Both the position numbers and the translations under genes were made by a program. The notes beneath the pieces were generated by a model. That model saw nothing but the letters and a program-made list of their open reading frames with translations. It was not told the origin of the DNA and ran no database searches. A DNA stretch of 28,625 nucleotides, taken from assembly GCA_964413335.1 (NCBI GenBank), contig CAYPSP010000001.1:1-28625 (forward strand), written 5' to 3'. Origin of the DNA: an uncultured Dehalococcoidales bacterium. Lineage in GTDB: Bacteria > Chloroflexota > Dehalococcoidia > GIF9 > AB-539-J10. Every line of letters begins with the position of its first letter. Positions within the stretch are counted from its first letter, which is position 1. Of the stretch, positions 9,144-17,777 are shown piece by piece.

Positions 9144-10487
9144 GTGTTTGGGTTATTAGAGACTGGCTTTCAACATTTCTATTGGGGCAATGCCTTGGTG
9201 ATTGCCATTGGTAGCCTGTTTATTTACTTAGGAGTTGCCCGAAAAATGGAACCATTGTTATTGGTTCCAATTGGATTTGGTATGATTCTGGTTAATTTGC
9301 CTCTTGGTGGGGTGATGGACTATGAACTCACACTACGAGCTCCTATAGAAGGTCATGTGGTGCAGGTCCAGATGGAGGAAGGGGAAAAGTTTAAGGAGGG
9401 GGATATCCTCTTTGAACTTGATTCTGGAGAGGTGAAAGCTCCTGTTTTTGGAAGAGTAGATGAGATTAAGGTCTCGCCAGGACAATATGTGAAGGCGGGA
9501 CAAGTACTGGCTTCAACGTTGACCATGGAGCAAACCGACCAGTCAGTTATTCCAACGACTCCAATAGGTATTCTATCAAGGATATTTAAGTTTGGGATTA
9601 TGTGGCAATTTCTGCCACCGATTATGTTCCTTTGCCTTGGTGCCTTGACCGATTTTGGTCCGATGCTGGCTAATCCGAAAACACTGCTGTTAGGTGCCGC
9701 TGCACAGTTTGGAGTATATCTTGCCTTCTTTTTGGCGTTGGTTGTAGGTTTTAATCTTACTGAAGCGGCTTCAATAGGTATAATAGGTGGAGCTGAAGGA
9801 CCAACAACCATTTATGTTACTTCTATTCTAGCTCCTCATTTGATAGGAGCTACTGCTGTGGCATGCTACTCATATATGGCACTTGTTCCTATTATTCTTC
9901 CTCCAGTAATTAAGTTGCTCACTACAAAGGAGGAAAGAGCCATTTATATGAAACCGCAGCTACGACACGTCTCGAAGTTAGAAAAAGTTCTATTTCCAGT
10001 AATAACCACAATTGTTGTAGTTCTTTTAGTTCCTGATGCTGCTCCTCTCATGGGACTTTTCATGATAGGCAATTTATTTAGAGAGAGTGGTGTTACTGAA
10101 AGGCTTAGTGAGGTTGCCCAGACATCGTTAGTTGACATTGTGACCATTTTCCTGACTCTGGCCATTGGCGCAAGTATGCCTGCTGAGGTATTTTTACGAC
10201 CAAGAACACTACTGATACTGGTTTTGGGGGTTGTAGCTTTCTCCACTGCAGCAGGAGCCGGCGTAATACTGGCGAAAATAATGAATTTATTCTCTAAAGA
10301 AAAGATAAATCCGATGATTGGGGCTGCAGGTGTGTCAGCTGTACCAATGTCTGCGAGAGTGGTACAGGTATTGGGGCAGAAGGAAAATCCAAGGAACTTC
10401 TTGTTGATGCATGCTATGGGACCTAATGTTGCTGGAGCTATTGGCGCAGCTATTGCTGGAGGCGTTTTCCTGGGAATACTGGGATAA
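9144..10487 (+). CDS. oadB: Na+-translocating decarboxylase beta subunit (OadB/GcdB/MmdB family) with inserted biotinyl/lipoyl-like domain
   Basis: EPLLLVPIGFG, GALTDFGPMLANP, GIIGGAEGPT, YSYMALVP, NPMIGAAGVSAVPMSARV, HAMGPNVAG motifs; GGAGG SD and GTG start. Confidence 0.93.
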   Translation: MFGLLETGFQHFYWGNALVIAIGSLFIYLGVARKMEPLLLVPIGFGMILVNLPLGGVMDYELTLRAPIEGHVVQVQMEEGEKFKEGDILFELDSGEVKAPVFGRVDEIKVSPGQYVKAGQVLASTLTMEQTDQSVIPTTPIGILSRIFKFGIMWQFLPPIMFLCLGALTDFGPMLANPKTLLLGAAAQFGVYLAFFLALVVGFNLTEAASIGIIGGAEGPTTIYVTSILAPHLIGATAVACYSYMALVPIILPPVIKLLTTKEERAIYMKPQLRHVSKLEKVLFPVITTIVVVLLVPDAAPLMGLFMIGNLFRESGVTERLSEVAQTSLVDIVTIFLTLAIGASMPAEVFLRPRTLLILVLGVVAFSTAAGAGVILAKIMNLFSKEKINPMIGAAGVSAVPMSARVVQVLGQKENPRNFLLMHAMGPNVAGAIGAAIAGGVFLGILG

Positions 10488-10549
10488 AGGAGATGGATAG
10501 TTCTATTTAAGTGGCTTGTTGTTTCATAGTTTGAACCTTTAGTGATAGT

Positions 10550-10579
10550 TTGACACCAGCTTTAAGCAAAAGCTATAGT
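10550..10579 (+). promoter_or_regulatory. sigma70-type promoter for tRNA-Ile
   Basis: TTGACA (10550-10555), 18 nt spacer, TATAGT (10574-10579). Confidence 0.75.
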
Positions 10580-10590
10580 ATATTAAATGT

Positions 10591-10667
10591 GGGCCATTAG
10601 CTCAGTTGGTTAGAGCACGGTCCTGATAAGACCGGGGTCTGTGGTTCGAGTCCACAATGGCCCACCA
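10591..10667 (+). tRNA. tRNA-Ile (anticodon GAU), CCA encoded
   Basis: Cloverleaf: acceptor GGGCCAT/ATGGCCC, D stem GCTC/GAGC, anticodon stem CGGTC/GACCG with loop CT-GAT-AA, T stem TGTGG/CCACA with TTCGAGT loop, ends ACCA. Confidence 0.97.
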
Positions 10668-10844
10668 CTCTATACAAATATTAAGTAGTCGTTTTTAGGT
10701 TAGCGTACACTACTTGGCAATTGTGGTGTATGTCAATAGAAAGTTGTTCAACGCTCCTTTCTTTTTATCATACAAAGAGGAAAAATTCTCTGATTGAGCA
10801 GCAATAAGCTGTCATATACGGCTCTGATTGGCCATCAATTGGAA

Positions 10845-11477
10845 TCATGAAAGATGGTGAATTGTACGGAGCACAGAATAGAAGTCAGAGAAACTGTGGT
10901 ATGTAATGGATTCTCTCTCAAGTAAATACTGCAGGTTGCCAGTGGCAAACACATGGTTAGCCTGATGCGCAGCATCCAAGTCAGAGAGGCCGTCTCCAAG
11001 ATAAATGACTTCTTCTCCTCTTTTCTGAAGCCATCTAAGGTAGCTATTCTTGAATCCTTGGTCGAGGGGGTTTCCTTCAGGGTCATAATAGGACACTTCA
11101 ATACCGTTACGAGAGAAAACTGTTTGCGCACAGTATAACTCAAGGTTATGTAAGCCAATTTTTTTTAAAACAGGTTCTATATAAAAATCAAGCCCACTAC
11201 TGACAATAACAAAAGGCAGGCGTTTCTCATTGCAATAACAGATAAACTCAATAAAGCCTGCCCTAAGTTTGATATGTCTGCATACAAATTCTTGTAATTT
11301 TTCTTTTGGTTCTTTTATCAAGGCAAACTGAAATTTGTTGCTCTGTTCTACGGAAATTATTCCTTTCAAATAGTCGGATTCAATATCCTGCCAGTTTTCA
11401 GGTGCAAAATTCTCTCTAAGCAGGGTACTCAAATTGTTGTTTATGATTGTACCATCAAAATCACATTGAATAATCAT
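10845..11477 (-). CDS. HAD-IB phosphatase, MtnX-like
   Basis: Motif I CDFDGT, motif II VSSG, motif III K (GFK), motif IV GDGLSD; substrate cannot be determined from sequence. Confidence 0.8.
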   Translation of the reverse strand: MIIQCDFDGTIINNNLSTLLRENFAPENWQDIESDYLKGIISVEQSNKFQFALIKEPKEKLQEFVCRHIKLRAGFIEFICYCNEKRLPFVIVSSGLDFYIEPVLKKIGLHNLELYCAQTVFSRNGIEVSYYDPEGNPLDQGFKNSYLRWLQKRGEEVIYLGDGLSDLDAAHQANHVFATGNLQYLLERESITYHSFSDFYSVLRTIHHLS

Positions 11478-11608
11478 AGTCTATCTTTAAACTGTATGTT
11501 GAACAGCTGATTGATCATAGAACCATAAATGAATGATACTATCAAAGCTGATATGGTGATCGCTAATAATATCCTTAGCTGATTCTTCTGAGATAGATAA
11601 CTTGTAGC

Positions 11609-11637
11609 ATAGTAAAGGACGGCGAAAGGCTTGTCAA
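11609..11637 (-). promoter_or_regulatory. sigma70-type promoter for the HAD gene
   Basis: TTGACA (11637-11632), 17 nt spacer, TACTAT (11614-11609). Confidence 0.65.
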
Positions 11638-11648
11638 TACGGCGTTGT

Positions 11649-11677
11649 TTGACACGAGGAGTTCTTTATGTTAAATT
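11649..11677 (+). promoter_or_regulatory. sigma70-type promoter of the ribosomal superoperon
   Basis: TTGACA (11649-11654), 17 nt spacer ending TG-T, TAAATT (11672-11677); back-to-back with the HAD promoter. Confidence 0.7.
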
Positions 11678-11726
11678 TCTGTGTTTGGCGATTCTATATT
11701 AGATATTAAATCGCTTAAGGCTAAAG

Positions 11727-11797
11727 AAAAGCCAGCTGGTTGTAACTGGGCTGGGTTTTTAGGGGTTGTGGCCCAGTGTATAGCTAGGTGGCTTTTT
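11727..11797 (+). promoter_or_regulatory. Structured 5' leader of rpsL
   Basis: About 24-bp hairpin with several G:U pairs, identified by eye; alternative shorter hairpin followed by U5. Confidence 0.55.
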
Positions 11798-11826
11798 AGG
11801 CTGTATAAAGTAAGTGGGGAAAAGTA

Positions 11827-12243
11827 ATGCCGACGATTAATCAGCTTGTCCGAAAAGGGCGTAAGAAAATTATTAAGAGGACCAAGGCACCTGCATTGCA
11901 TTTTATTCATAATGCTATGAATAATGAAACCAGGTGGGTTAAAGGAAGCCCCCAGAAACGAGGGGTATGTATCCAGGTAAAAACAGTTACGCCAAAGAAA
12001 CCTAATTCTGCTCTTCGTAAAGTGGCTCGAGTGAGGTTGACTAATCAGATGGAAGTGAATGCCTATATTCCTGGTGAAGGACACAATATACAGGAACATT
12101 CAGTGGTAATGATACGCGGTGGCAGGGTTAAGGATGTGCCAGGTATCAGATACCATATTATTCGGGGGACGCTTGATGCTGAGGGCGTGGTCGGCCGTAA
12201 AAGAGGACGTAGTCTTTACGGAACTAAGCGAGATCAGGGCTAA
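11827..12243 (+). CDS. rpsL: 30S ribosomal protein S12
   Basis: [30 protein letters not shown]; long-insert form. Confidence 0.99.
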   Translation: MPTINQLVRKGRKKIIKRTKAPALHFIHNAMNNETRWVKGSPQKRGVCIQVKTVTPKKPNSALRKVARVRLTNQMEVNAYIPGEGHNIQEHSVVMIRGGRVKDVPGIRYHIIRGTLDAEGVVGRKRGRSLYGTKRDQG

Positions 12244-12254
12244 AAAGGAATCGA

Positions 12255-12728
12255 ATGTCAAGAAAAGCAAAAAAAGTTGTAAAGAGAATACCGGCACCTG
12301 ATGCCAGATATAGTAGTCAGTTAGTCGCTAAGTTTATCAACAGGCTAATGATGAGAGGCCAGAAGGCGACGGCTGAAGGGATTGTCTACAAAGCAATGGA
12401 GATGGCCAGCCAGCGAAGTGACAGCGAACCTCAAGAGATTTTAGAGAAGGCGATTGTAAATGCTACTCCTCAGCTTATGGTTAAACCACGTCGTGTCGGA
12501 GGGGCGACATATCAAGTGCCTATAGAAGTTGAAAAAAGCAGGGGTAACGCTCTGGCTATGCGTTGGATAATTGCTTCGGCACGGAAGCGTGCCGGAAAAT
12601 CCATGGCAGAGAAGCTATCCTCTGAGTTAAGCGATATTATTCAGGGTCAGGGGATGACTATTAAGAGGCGTGATGATGTTCATAGGATGGCAGAAGCTAA
12701 TAAAGCCTTTGTTCATTATCGTTGGTAA
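12255..12728 (+). CDS. rpsG: 30S ribosomal protein S7
   Basis: RRVGGATYQVP, MAEANKAFVHYRW. Confidence 0.99.
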   Translation: MSRKAKKVVKRIPAPDARYSSQLVAKFINRLMMRGQKATAEGIVYKAMEMASQRSDSEPQEILEKAIVNATPQLMVKPRRVGGATYQVPIEVEKSRGNALAMRWIIASARKRAGKSMAEKLSSELSDIIQGQGMTIKRRDDVHRMAEANKAFVHYRW

Positions 12729-12770
12729 AAAGATAAGTTGCAAGCAGTACTTGAGGTAAAGAATAAAATT

Positions 12771-14849
12771 ATGTCACGAGTTTTCCCTATGGGAAAAGTG
12801 AGGAATATTGGTATTATTGCCCATATTGATGCTGGCAAGACTACTACTACGGAGAGAATCTTGTACCATGCTGGGCGTACCTATAAAATTGGAGGGGTTG
12901 ATGATGGGACGGCAGTTATGGATTGGATGGACCAGGAACGGGAACGTGGCATCACAATAACATCAGCAGCTACTACGTGTGAATGGAACGAGCATCGTAT
13001 CAATATTATAGATACGCCAGGGCATGTGGATTTTACTGCTGAGGTGGAGCGTAGCCTAAGGGTATTGGATGGGGGGGTCGTTGTTTTAGATGCTGTGGCA
13101 GGAGTTGAAGCTCAATCAGAAGCGGTGTGGCGTCAGGCAAACAAGTATAATGTAGCTAGAATATGTTTTATAAATAAGATGGATAGGCTTGGTGCTGACT
13201 TCTATCGTACGATTGAAATGATTGAGAAGCGTTTGAAAGCTATAGTATTGCCGATACAACTTCCTCTTGGTGGTGAAGCTTCTTATAAGGGGGTTATTGA
13301 CCTCATAGAAAACAAAGCTGTTACTTTTCCTGAGGATCCTAAATTGATGCCATTGGAAGATGACATCCCTGAAAGCTATCGGGCTATTGTGGCTGAACAT
13401 CGGGAAGCCCTCATCGAAAAAGTGGCTGAGTATGACGATGATATCATGGCCAAGTATCTTGATGGGCAGGAAATACAAAGTTCACAAATTAAGGCTGCTA
13501 TAAAGAAAATGGTTGTTAAAGATAAGATAGTTCCTGTACTTTGTGGTAGCGCCCTAAAGGGTAAAGGTATTCGACCTTTACTTGATGCCATTGTAGATTA
13601 CCTTCCTTCCCCATTGGATGTACCGTCGATTAAGGCTATTGATATGCGGAGTAAGAAGGAAATCTTTTGTAAAGCAAGTGATGAACAACCGTTTTCGGCA
13701 TTGGCTTATAAAGTTGTTACAGACTCTTTTATGGGCAAGCTTACTTATCTGCGGGTATATTCCGGCAAGATTAAGGGAGGCATGCAAATTCTTAATGCTA
13801 CCCAAGGGGTAAAGGAGCGGTTGGGCAGATTATATGTTATGCATGCTAATCGGCGCGAAGAGGTTAGCATAGCTGATACTGGCAGCATTGTTGCTTCAGT
13901 GGGACTTAGAAAAACCCAGACTGGTGATACTCTCTGTGATAGTTCGCATGCTGTGCTTTTTGAATCGATACGTTTCCCTGAGCCAGTTCTTTCTGTGGCA
14001 ATAGAGCCTAAAAACAAGGCTGATCAGGATAAAATGGGAGATGCTCTTACTAAACTGGTTATGGAAGATCCTACTTTTAAAGCAATCAATAATCCTGAAA
14101 CTAGTCAGGTATTAATCTCGGGGATGGGAGAATTGCATCTTGAGGTACAGGCAGAACGCATATTACGTGAGTTTGGAGTTCAGGTTTCAGTTGGTAAACC
14201 TCGTGTAGCCTACAAGGAGACGATTACTGCTTCTGTGGAAGCTGAAGGGAAGTTTGTCCGTCAGTCAGGCGGCAAAGGTCAATACGGACATGTTTGGATT
14301 AAGTTAGCGCCGGCTGAGAGAGGTAGTGGGTTTAAATTTATCAACGAAATTCGCAGTGGGGCTATACCTAGAGAATATATTCCTGCAGTAGAGGCAGGTG
14401 TCAAAGAAGCCCTGCAAAGCGGGAAATTGGGAGGATATCCCATAGTAGATATTAGCGTCTCTTTATTTGATGGCAGTTATCATGAAGTTGATTCTTCAGA
14501 AATGGCATTTAGGATAGCAGGGTCAATTGGCTTTAAAGCTGGAATGGTCAAGGCAAAGCCTGTTCTGCTGGAACCAATTATGAAGGCGGAAATAATATCA
14601 CCTGAACGATTTTTAGGTGATATCGTTGGAGAGCTTAGTTCCCGCAGGGCACATATATATAGCATGGAAACTAGTGATGAGTCATCTAGTATTCGTTGCT
14701 ATGTTCCTTTAGCCAGGACCTTCGGATTTGTAAGCGTTCTTAGATCGCTTAGTCAGGGTAGGGCAACATACGTTATGGAATTTAGTAAATATGAAGAATT
14801 GCCGCAAGGGTTAACGGAGCAAGTGCTGAATTCATTAGAGGGGGGATAA
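12771..14849 (+). CDS. fusA: Elongation factor G
   Basis: [40 protein letters not shown]; ATG 12771 preferred over track TTG 12738. Confidence 0.98.
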   Translation: MSRVFPMGKVRNIGIIAHIDAGKTTTTERILYHAGRTYKIGGVDDGTAVMDWMDQERERGITITSAATTCEWNEHRINIIDTPGHVDFTAEVERSLRVLDGGVVVLDAVAGVEAQSEAVWRQANKYNVARICFINKMDRLGADFYRTIEMIEKRLKAIVLPIQLPLGGEASYKGVIDLIENKAVTFPEDPKLMPLEDDIPESYRAIVAEHREALIEKVAEYDDDIMAKYLDGQEIQSSQIKAAIKKMVVKDKIVPVLCGSALKGKGIRPLLDAIVDYLPSPLDVPSIKAIDMRSKKEIFCKASDEQPFSALAYKVVTDSFMGKLTYLRVYSGKIKGGMQILNATQGVKERLGRLYVMHANRREEVSIADTGSIVASVGLRKTQTGDTLCDSSHAVLFESIRFPEPVLSVAIEPKNKADQDKMGDALTKLVMEDPTFKAINNPETSQVLISGMGELHLEVQAERILREFGVQVSVGKPRVAYKETITASVEAEGKFVRQSGGKGQYGHVWIKLAPAERGSGFKFINEIRSGAIPREYIPAVEAGVKEALQSGKLGGYPIVDISVSLFDGSYHEVDSSEMAFRIAGSIGFKAGMVKAKPVLLEPIMKAEIISPERFLGDIVGELSSRRAHIYSMETSDESSSIRCYVPLARTFGFVSVLRSLSQGRATYVMEFSKYEELPQGLTEQVLNSLEGG

Positions 14850-15157
14850 TGGCTGGTCAAAAAGTCCGAGTAAAAATTAAGGGATTTGATTATAAACTTG
14901 TGGATCAGTCCATGAGTCAAATAGTAGAAGTAGTGGAACGTACAGGAGCCATAGTTGTAGGTCCTGTACCATTACCTACGACAATAGAGAAATTTTGTGT
15001 TATTCGTGCATCGAATATAGATAAAGATTCCAGGGAGCAGTTTGAAATCAGGACACATAAGCGGCTTATTGATATATTACAACCAACAAATAAAACTATT
15101 GATGCCTTGACTCAGATTAATGTGGCCTCTGGAGTAGAGATAGATATAAAGTTGTAA
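14849..15157 (+). CDS. rpsJ: 30S ribosomal protein S10
   Basis: [24 protein letters not shown]; start overlaps fusA stop. Confidence 0.99.
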   Translation: MAGQKVRVKIKGFDYKLVDQSMSQIVEVVERTGAIVVGPVPLPTTIEKFCVIRASNIDKDSREQFEIRTHKRLIDILQPTNKTIDALTQINVASGVEIDIKL

Positions 15158-15164
15158 TGGGAAA

Positions 15165-15803
15165 ATGATTAATTATATTCTCGGAAAAAAAATAGGTATG
15201 ACCCGCATTTTCCTGGATACAGGAGAAGTGGTGGTAGTTAGTGCGATTGAGGTAGGACCTTGCTATGTTACTCAAGTGAAGAAGCAGGTAAAAGATGGGT
15301 ATGATGCTATACAGTTGGGTTATAACAACTTCGGCAAACTTAATTCTCCACAAAAGGGGCATCTAAAGAGAGCCGGTAGTAATACAGAACTAACGGAGAA
15401 TCTTGACTATTTGCGAGAATTTAGAACTCATGATATAGAATCAGTTAAAGATGGAGAGAAGGTGGATTTAGGTTTCTTGGAAAGTGGGGATCGGGTAACA
15501 GTGAGAGGAATATCGAAAGGTAAAGGATTCGCGGGTGTTGTAAAGCGTTATCATTTTAGAGGTGGACCAAAAACGCATGGGCAATCTGACCGCCATCGTG
15601 CACCTGGGTCAATTGGTTCTGGTAGCTCTCCAGGACGAGTGCTAAAAGGGTTACATATGGCTGGGCACATGGGGGATGAAAAATGCACTGTGCGCAACCT
15701 TAAGGTTGTTAAAGTAGATATGGGTCGTAGTTTGCTTCTGGTTAATGGAGCTACTCCCGGAGCAAAGAACTCCATATTAGCTATTGAAAAGGTGAATAAA
15801 TAG
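15165..15803 (+). CDS. rplC: 50S ribosomal protein L3
   Basis: GKKIGMT, SKGKGFAGVVKR, THGQSDRHRAPGSIG. Confidence 0.99.
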   Translation: MINYILGKKIGMTRIFLDTGEVVVVSAIEVGPCYVTQVKKQVKDGYDAIQLGYNNFGKLNSPQKGHLKRAGSNTELTENLDYLREFRTHDIESVKDGEKVDLGFLESGDRVTVRGISKGKGFAGVVKRYHFRGGPKTHGQSDRHRAPGSIGSGSSPGRVLKGLHMAGHMGDEKCTVRNLKVVKVDMGRSLLLVNGATPGAKNSILAIEKVNK

Positions 15804-15806
15804 AGT

Positions 15807-16439
15807 ATGCAAGGTTCTATATATAATATTGCAGGAGAAGTTGTTGGGCAGGCTGAGCTTGATGAAAGTATCTTTAATTTGCCTGCTAACGAGGCTGTGA
15901 TTCATCAGACAATGGTGATGCAGCTGGCTAATAGGCGCCAGGGGACAGCCTCTGCAAAATCCAGGGGTGAAGTTAAAGGGAGTAGACGTAAATTATATGC
16001 GCAGAAACATACTGGAAGAGCTAGAAGAGGGGATGTGAAGTCTCCGCTACTTCGGGGGGGTGGAGTGGCTTTTGGGCCTAAACCGCGTACGTATAGGCAA
16101 TCGATGCCTAAGAAAATGAGGCGGTTGGCACTGAAGTCTATGCTATCTTCTAAAGTAAGGGAAGGGGAAATGAAGATAGTGGAAGGGCTTTATTTTGAAA
16201 AGCCAAGGACAAAGGAATTAAGTAATATCTTGGCGGCACTTAAAATAGATTCTAGTGTACTGATTGTCGTCGAGGAAGCCAGTGTTAATGTGCTGAAGTC
16301 ATCACTCAATTTGGTTAATATCAAAGTGTTGTCTTACGCACAGATTAATGTTTTGGAACTGCTTTCGTACAAAACATTAGTAGTTACTGTTCCTGCATTG
16401 CAAAATATAGAAAAGTTATGGAGAACCAGAAATCTGTGA
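15807..16439 (+). CDS. rplD: 50S ribosomal protein L4
   Basis: RQGTASAKSRGEV, QKHTGRARRG, GGGVAFGPKPR. Confidence 0.99.
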   Translation: MQGSIYNIAGEVVGQAELDESIFNLPANEAVIHQTMVMQLANRRQGTASAKSRGEVKGSRRKLYAQKHTGRARRGDVKSPLLRGGGVAFGPKPRTYRQSMPKKMRRLALKSMLSSKVREGEMKIVEGLYFEKPRTKELSNILAALKIDSSVLIVVEEASVNVLKSSLNLVNIKVLSYAQINVLELLSYKTLVVTVPALQNIEKLWRTRNL

Positions 16440-16441
16440 AG

Positions 16442-16729
16442 ATGCATCCTTATGAAGTATTAAGACGTCCTTTAGTCACGGAAAAGGCTACTATGCTGAA
16501 GGACGAAAAGAATGAATACTTATTTGAAGTGGCCAAGTTTGCAAACAAGCCGCAGATAAAAGAAGCAGTAGAGAAGGCTTTCAAAGTAACTGTGGTTAAA
16601 ATAAATGTGATTACTATCCCCGGGAAGAGAAAGAAGATGGGTGGAAGAATAGTAAAGGCGCCTTCTTGGAAGAAAGCGATAGTTAGATTAGAGCCCAGTG
16701 ATAAAATTACCTTTTTTGAAGGTGTTTAA
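16442..16729 (+). CDS. rplW: 50S ribosomal protein L23
   Basis: LRRPLVTEKA, ANKPQIKEAVE, WKKAIVRL; ATG 16442 preferred (16418 possible). Confidence 0.97.
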   Translation: MHPYEVLRRPLVTEKATMLKDEKNEYLFEVAKFANKPQIKEAVEKAFKVTVVKINVITIPGKRKKMGGRIVKAPSWKKAIVRLEPSDKITFFEGV

Positions 16730-16830
16730 AAGTACTATTGTGAATGAAATAAAGTATGAAGATAAAAAGCCGATGTGGGATAATGTTTCTTATTAACACT
16801 CTTTATATGGCTAAGGAGGAAAGGTAAACT

Positions 16831-16926
16831 TTGGGTTCAGTTGTAAAATGGAGAAAGAATAAGATGTCGAAGCATCATCATAAGAAATTGTTGAAGAAGA
16901 CACGGTGGCAAAGAAATCATCCATAG
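16831..16926 (+). CDS. bS22 / mS38 (AURKAIP1-COX24 domain)-like small basic ribosomal protein, 31 aa
   Basis: Hand translation from TTG: MGSVVKWRKNKMSKHHHKKLLKKTRWQRNHP; SD AAGGAGG at 16813-16819; matches the MGSV.K.R...MSK..H.KLL..TR.QR pattern of bS22 (recalled, not searched). Confidence 0.85.
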   Translation: MGSVVKWRKNKMSKHHHKKLLKKTRWQRNHP

Positions 16927-16950
16927 GTAAAGTGGGGAGAGAAAAAGATA

Positions 16951-17775
16951 ATGTTAAAAACATATAAGCCCACTTCTCCTGGAATGAGAGGGAAAGTAGG
17001 AGCTTCTTTTGACGATTTAACTGGTGTAAAGCCTGAGAAATCTTTATTAGTAAGTTTAAGAAGAAAGGCAGGACGTAATAATCGTGCTGTTATCACGGTA
17101 CGTCATCGTGGAGGTGGGAGTAAGAGGAAACTGCGGATAATTGATTTCAAAAGAAATAAGATTGGGATTCCTGGTAAAGCTGTCTCGGTAGAGTATGACC
17201 CAAATCGTTCAGCTAGGATCGCCTTGATACATTATATTGATGGAGAGAAGCGATATATACTGGCTCCGGTTAAATTGGTTGTAGGGGATATGATACAAGC
17301 TGGTGAGGATGTTGATATAAAACCAGGTAATGCACTTCCGTTGTCCGTAATACCTGCAGGTACATTAATACATAATCTAGAGATGGAACCTGGGAAGGGT
17401 GGACAGATAGTCCATAGTGCGGGTACCGCTGCTCAGATAATAAGCAAAGAAGGAAAATATGTTATAGTGCGTTTACCTTCTACAGAGACACGCAGATTTC
17501 ATGAAAAATGTTGGGCAACTGTTGGACAGATTGGAAACACCGATCATGAGAATTTGAGGCTAGGTAAAGCTGGGGCAAAGAGATGGCTCGGGATACGGCC
17601 GACAGTTAGAGGGTCTGCTATGACACCTCGCGACCATCCGCATGGAGGTGGTGAAGGAAGGTCTCCGATAGGGTTAAAACATCCTAAAACACCGTGGGGG
17701 AAAATAGCATTAGGGCACAAGACGCGTCGTCGTAAGATATCAAATAAAATGATTGTAAGACGAAGGGAAAAATAG
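16951..17775 (+). CDS. rplB: 50S ribosomal protein L2
   Basis: [30 protein letters not shown]. Confidence 0.99.
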   Translation: MLKTYKPTSPGMRGKVGASFDDLTGVKPEKSLLVSLRRKAGRNNRAVITVRHRGGGSKRKLRIIDFKRNKIGIPGKAVSVEYDPNRSARIALIHYIDGEKRYILAPVKLVVGDMIQAGEDVDIKPGNALPLSVIPAGTLIHNLEMEPGKGGQIVHSAGTAAQIISKEGKYVIVRLPSTETRRFHEKCWATVGQIGNTDHENLRLGKAGAKRWLGIRPTVRGSAMTPRDHPHGGGEGRSPIGLKHPKTPWGKIALGHKTRRRKISNKMIVRRREK

Positions 17776-17777
17776 AA

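Noticed and set aside
10640-10844. tRNA as integration site for a genomic island
   Set aside because: No integrase, no duplicated tRNA 3' end seen, and flanking genes are housekeeping
11474-11602. Minus-strand open frame with a TM-like stretch (RILLAITISALIVSFIYG) ending in TGA overlapping the HAD start
   Set aside because: No ATG/GTG/TTG upstream of the hydrophobic segment and no SD; AT-rich DNA readily gives such frames. A decayed gene cannot be excluded
15996-16031. L4 loop QKHTGRARRG differs from QKGTGRAR at a macrolide-resistance hotspot
   Set aside because: QKHTGRAR is known natural variation (e.g. Thermus); no evidence for resistance
16730-16830. Internal promoter or additional micro-ORFs (MNEIKYEDKKPMWDNVSY, MAKEER) ahead of the bS22-like gene
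   Set aside because: Only weak -10-like hexamers, no SD for the micro-ORFs, no recognisable similarity
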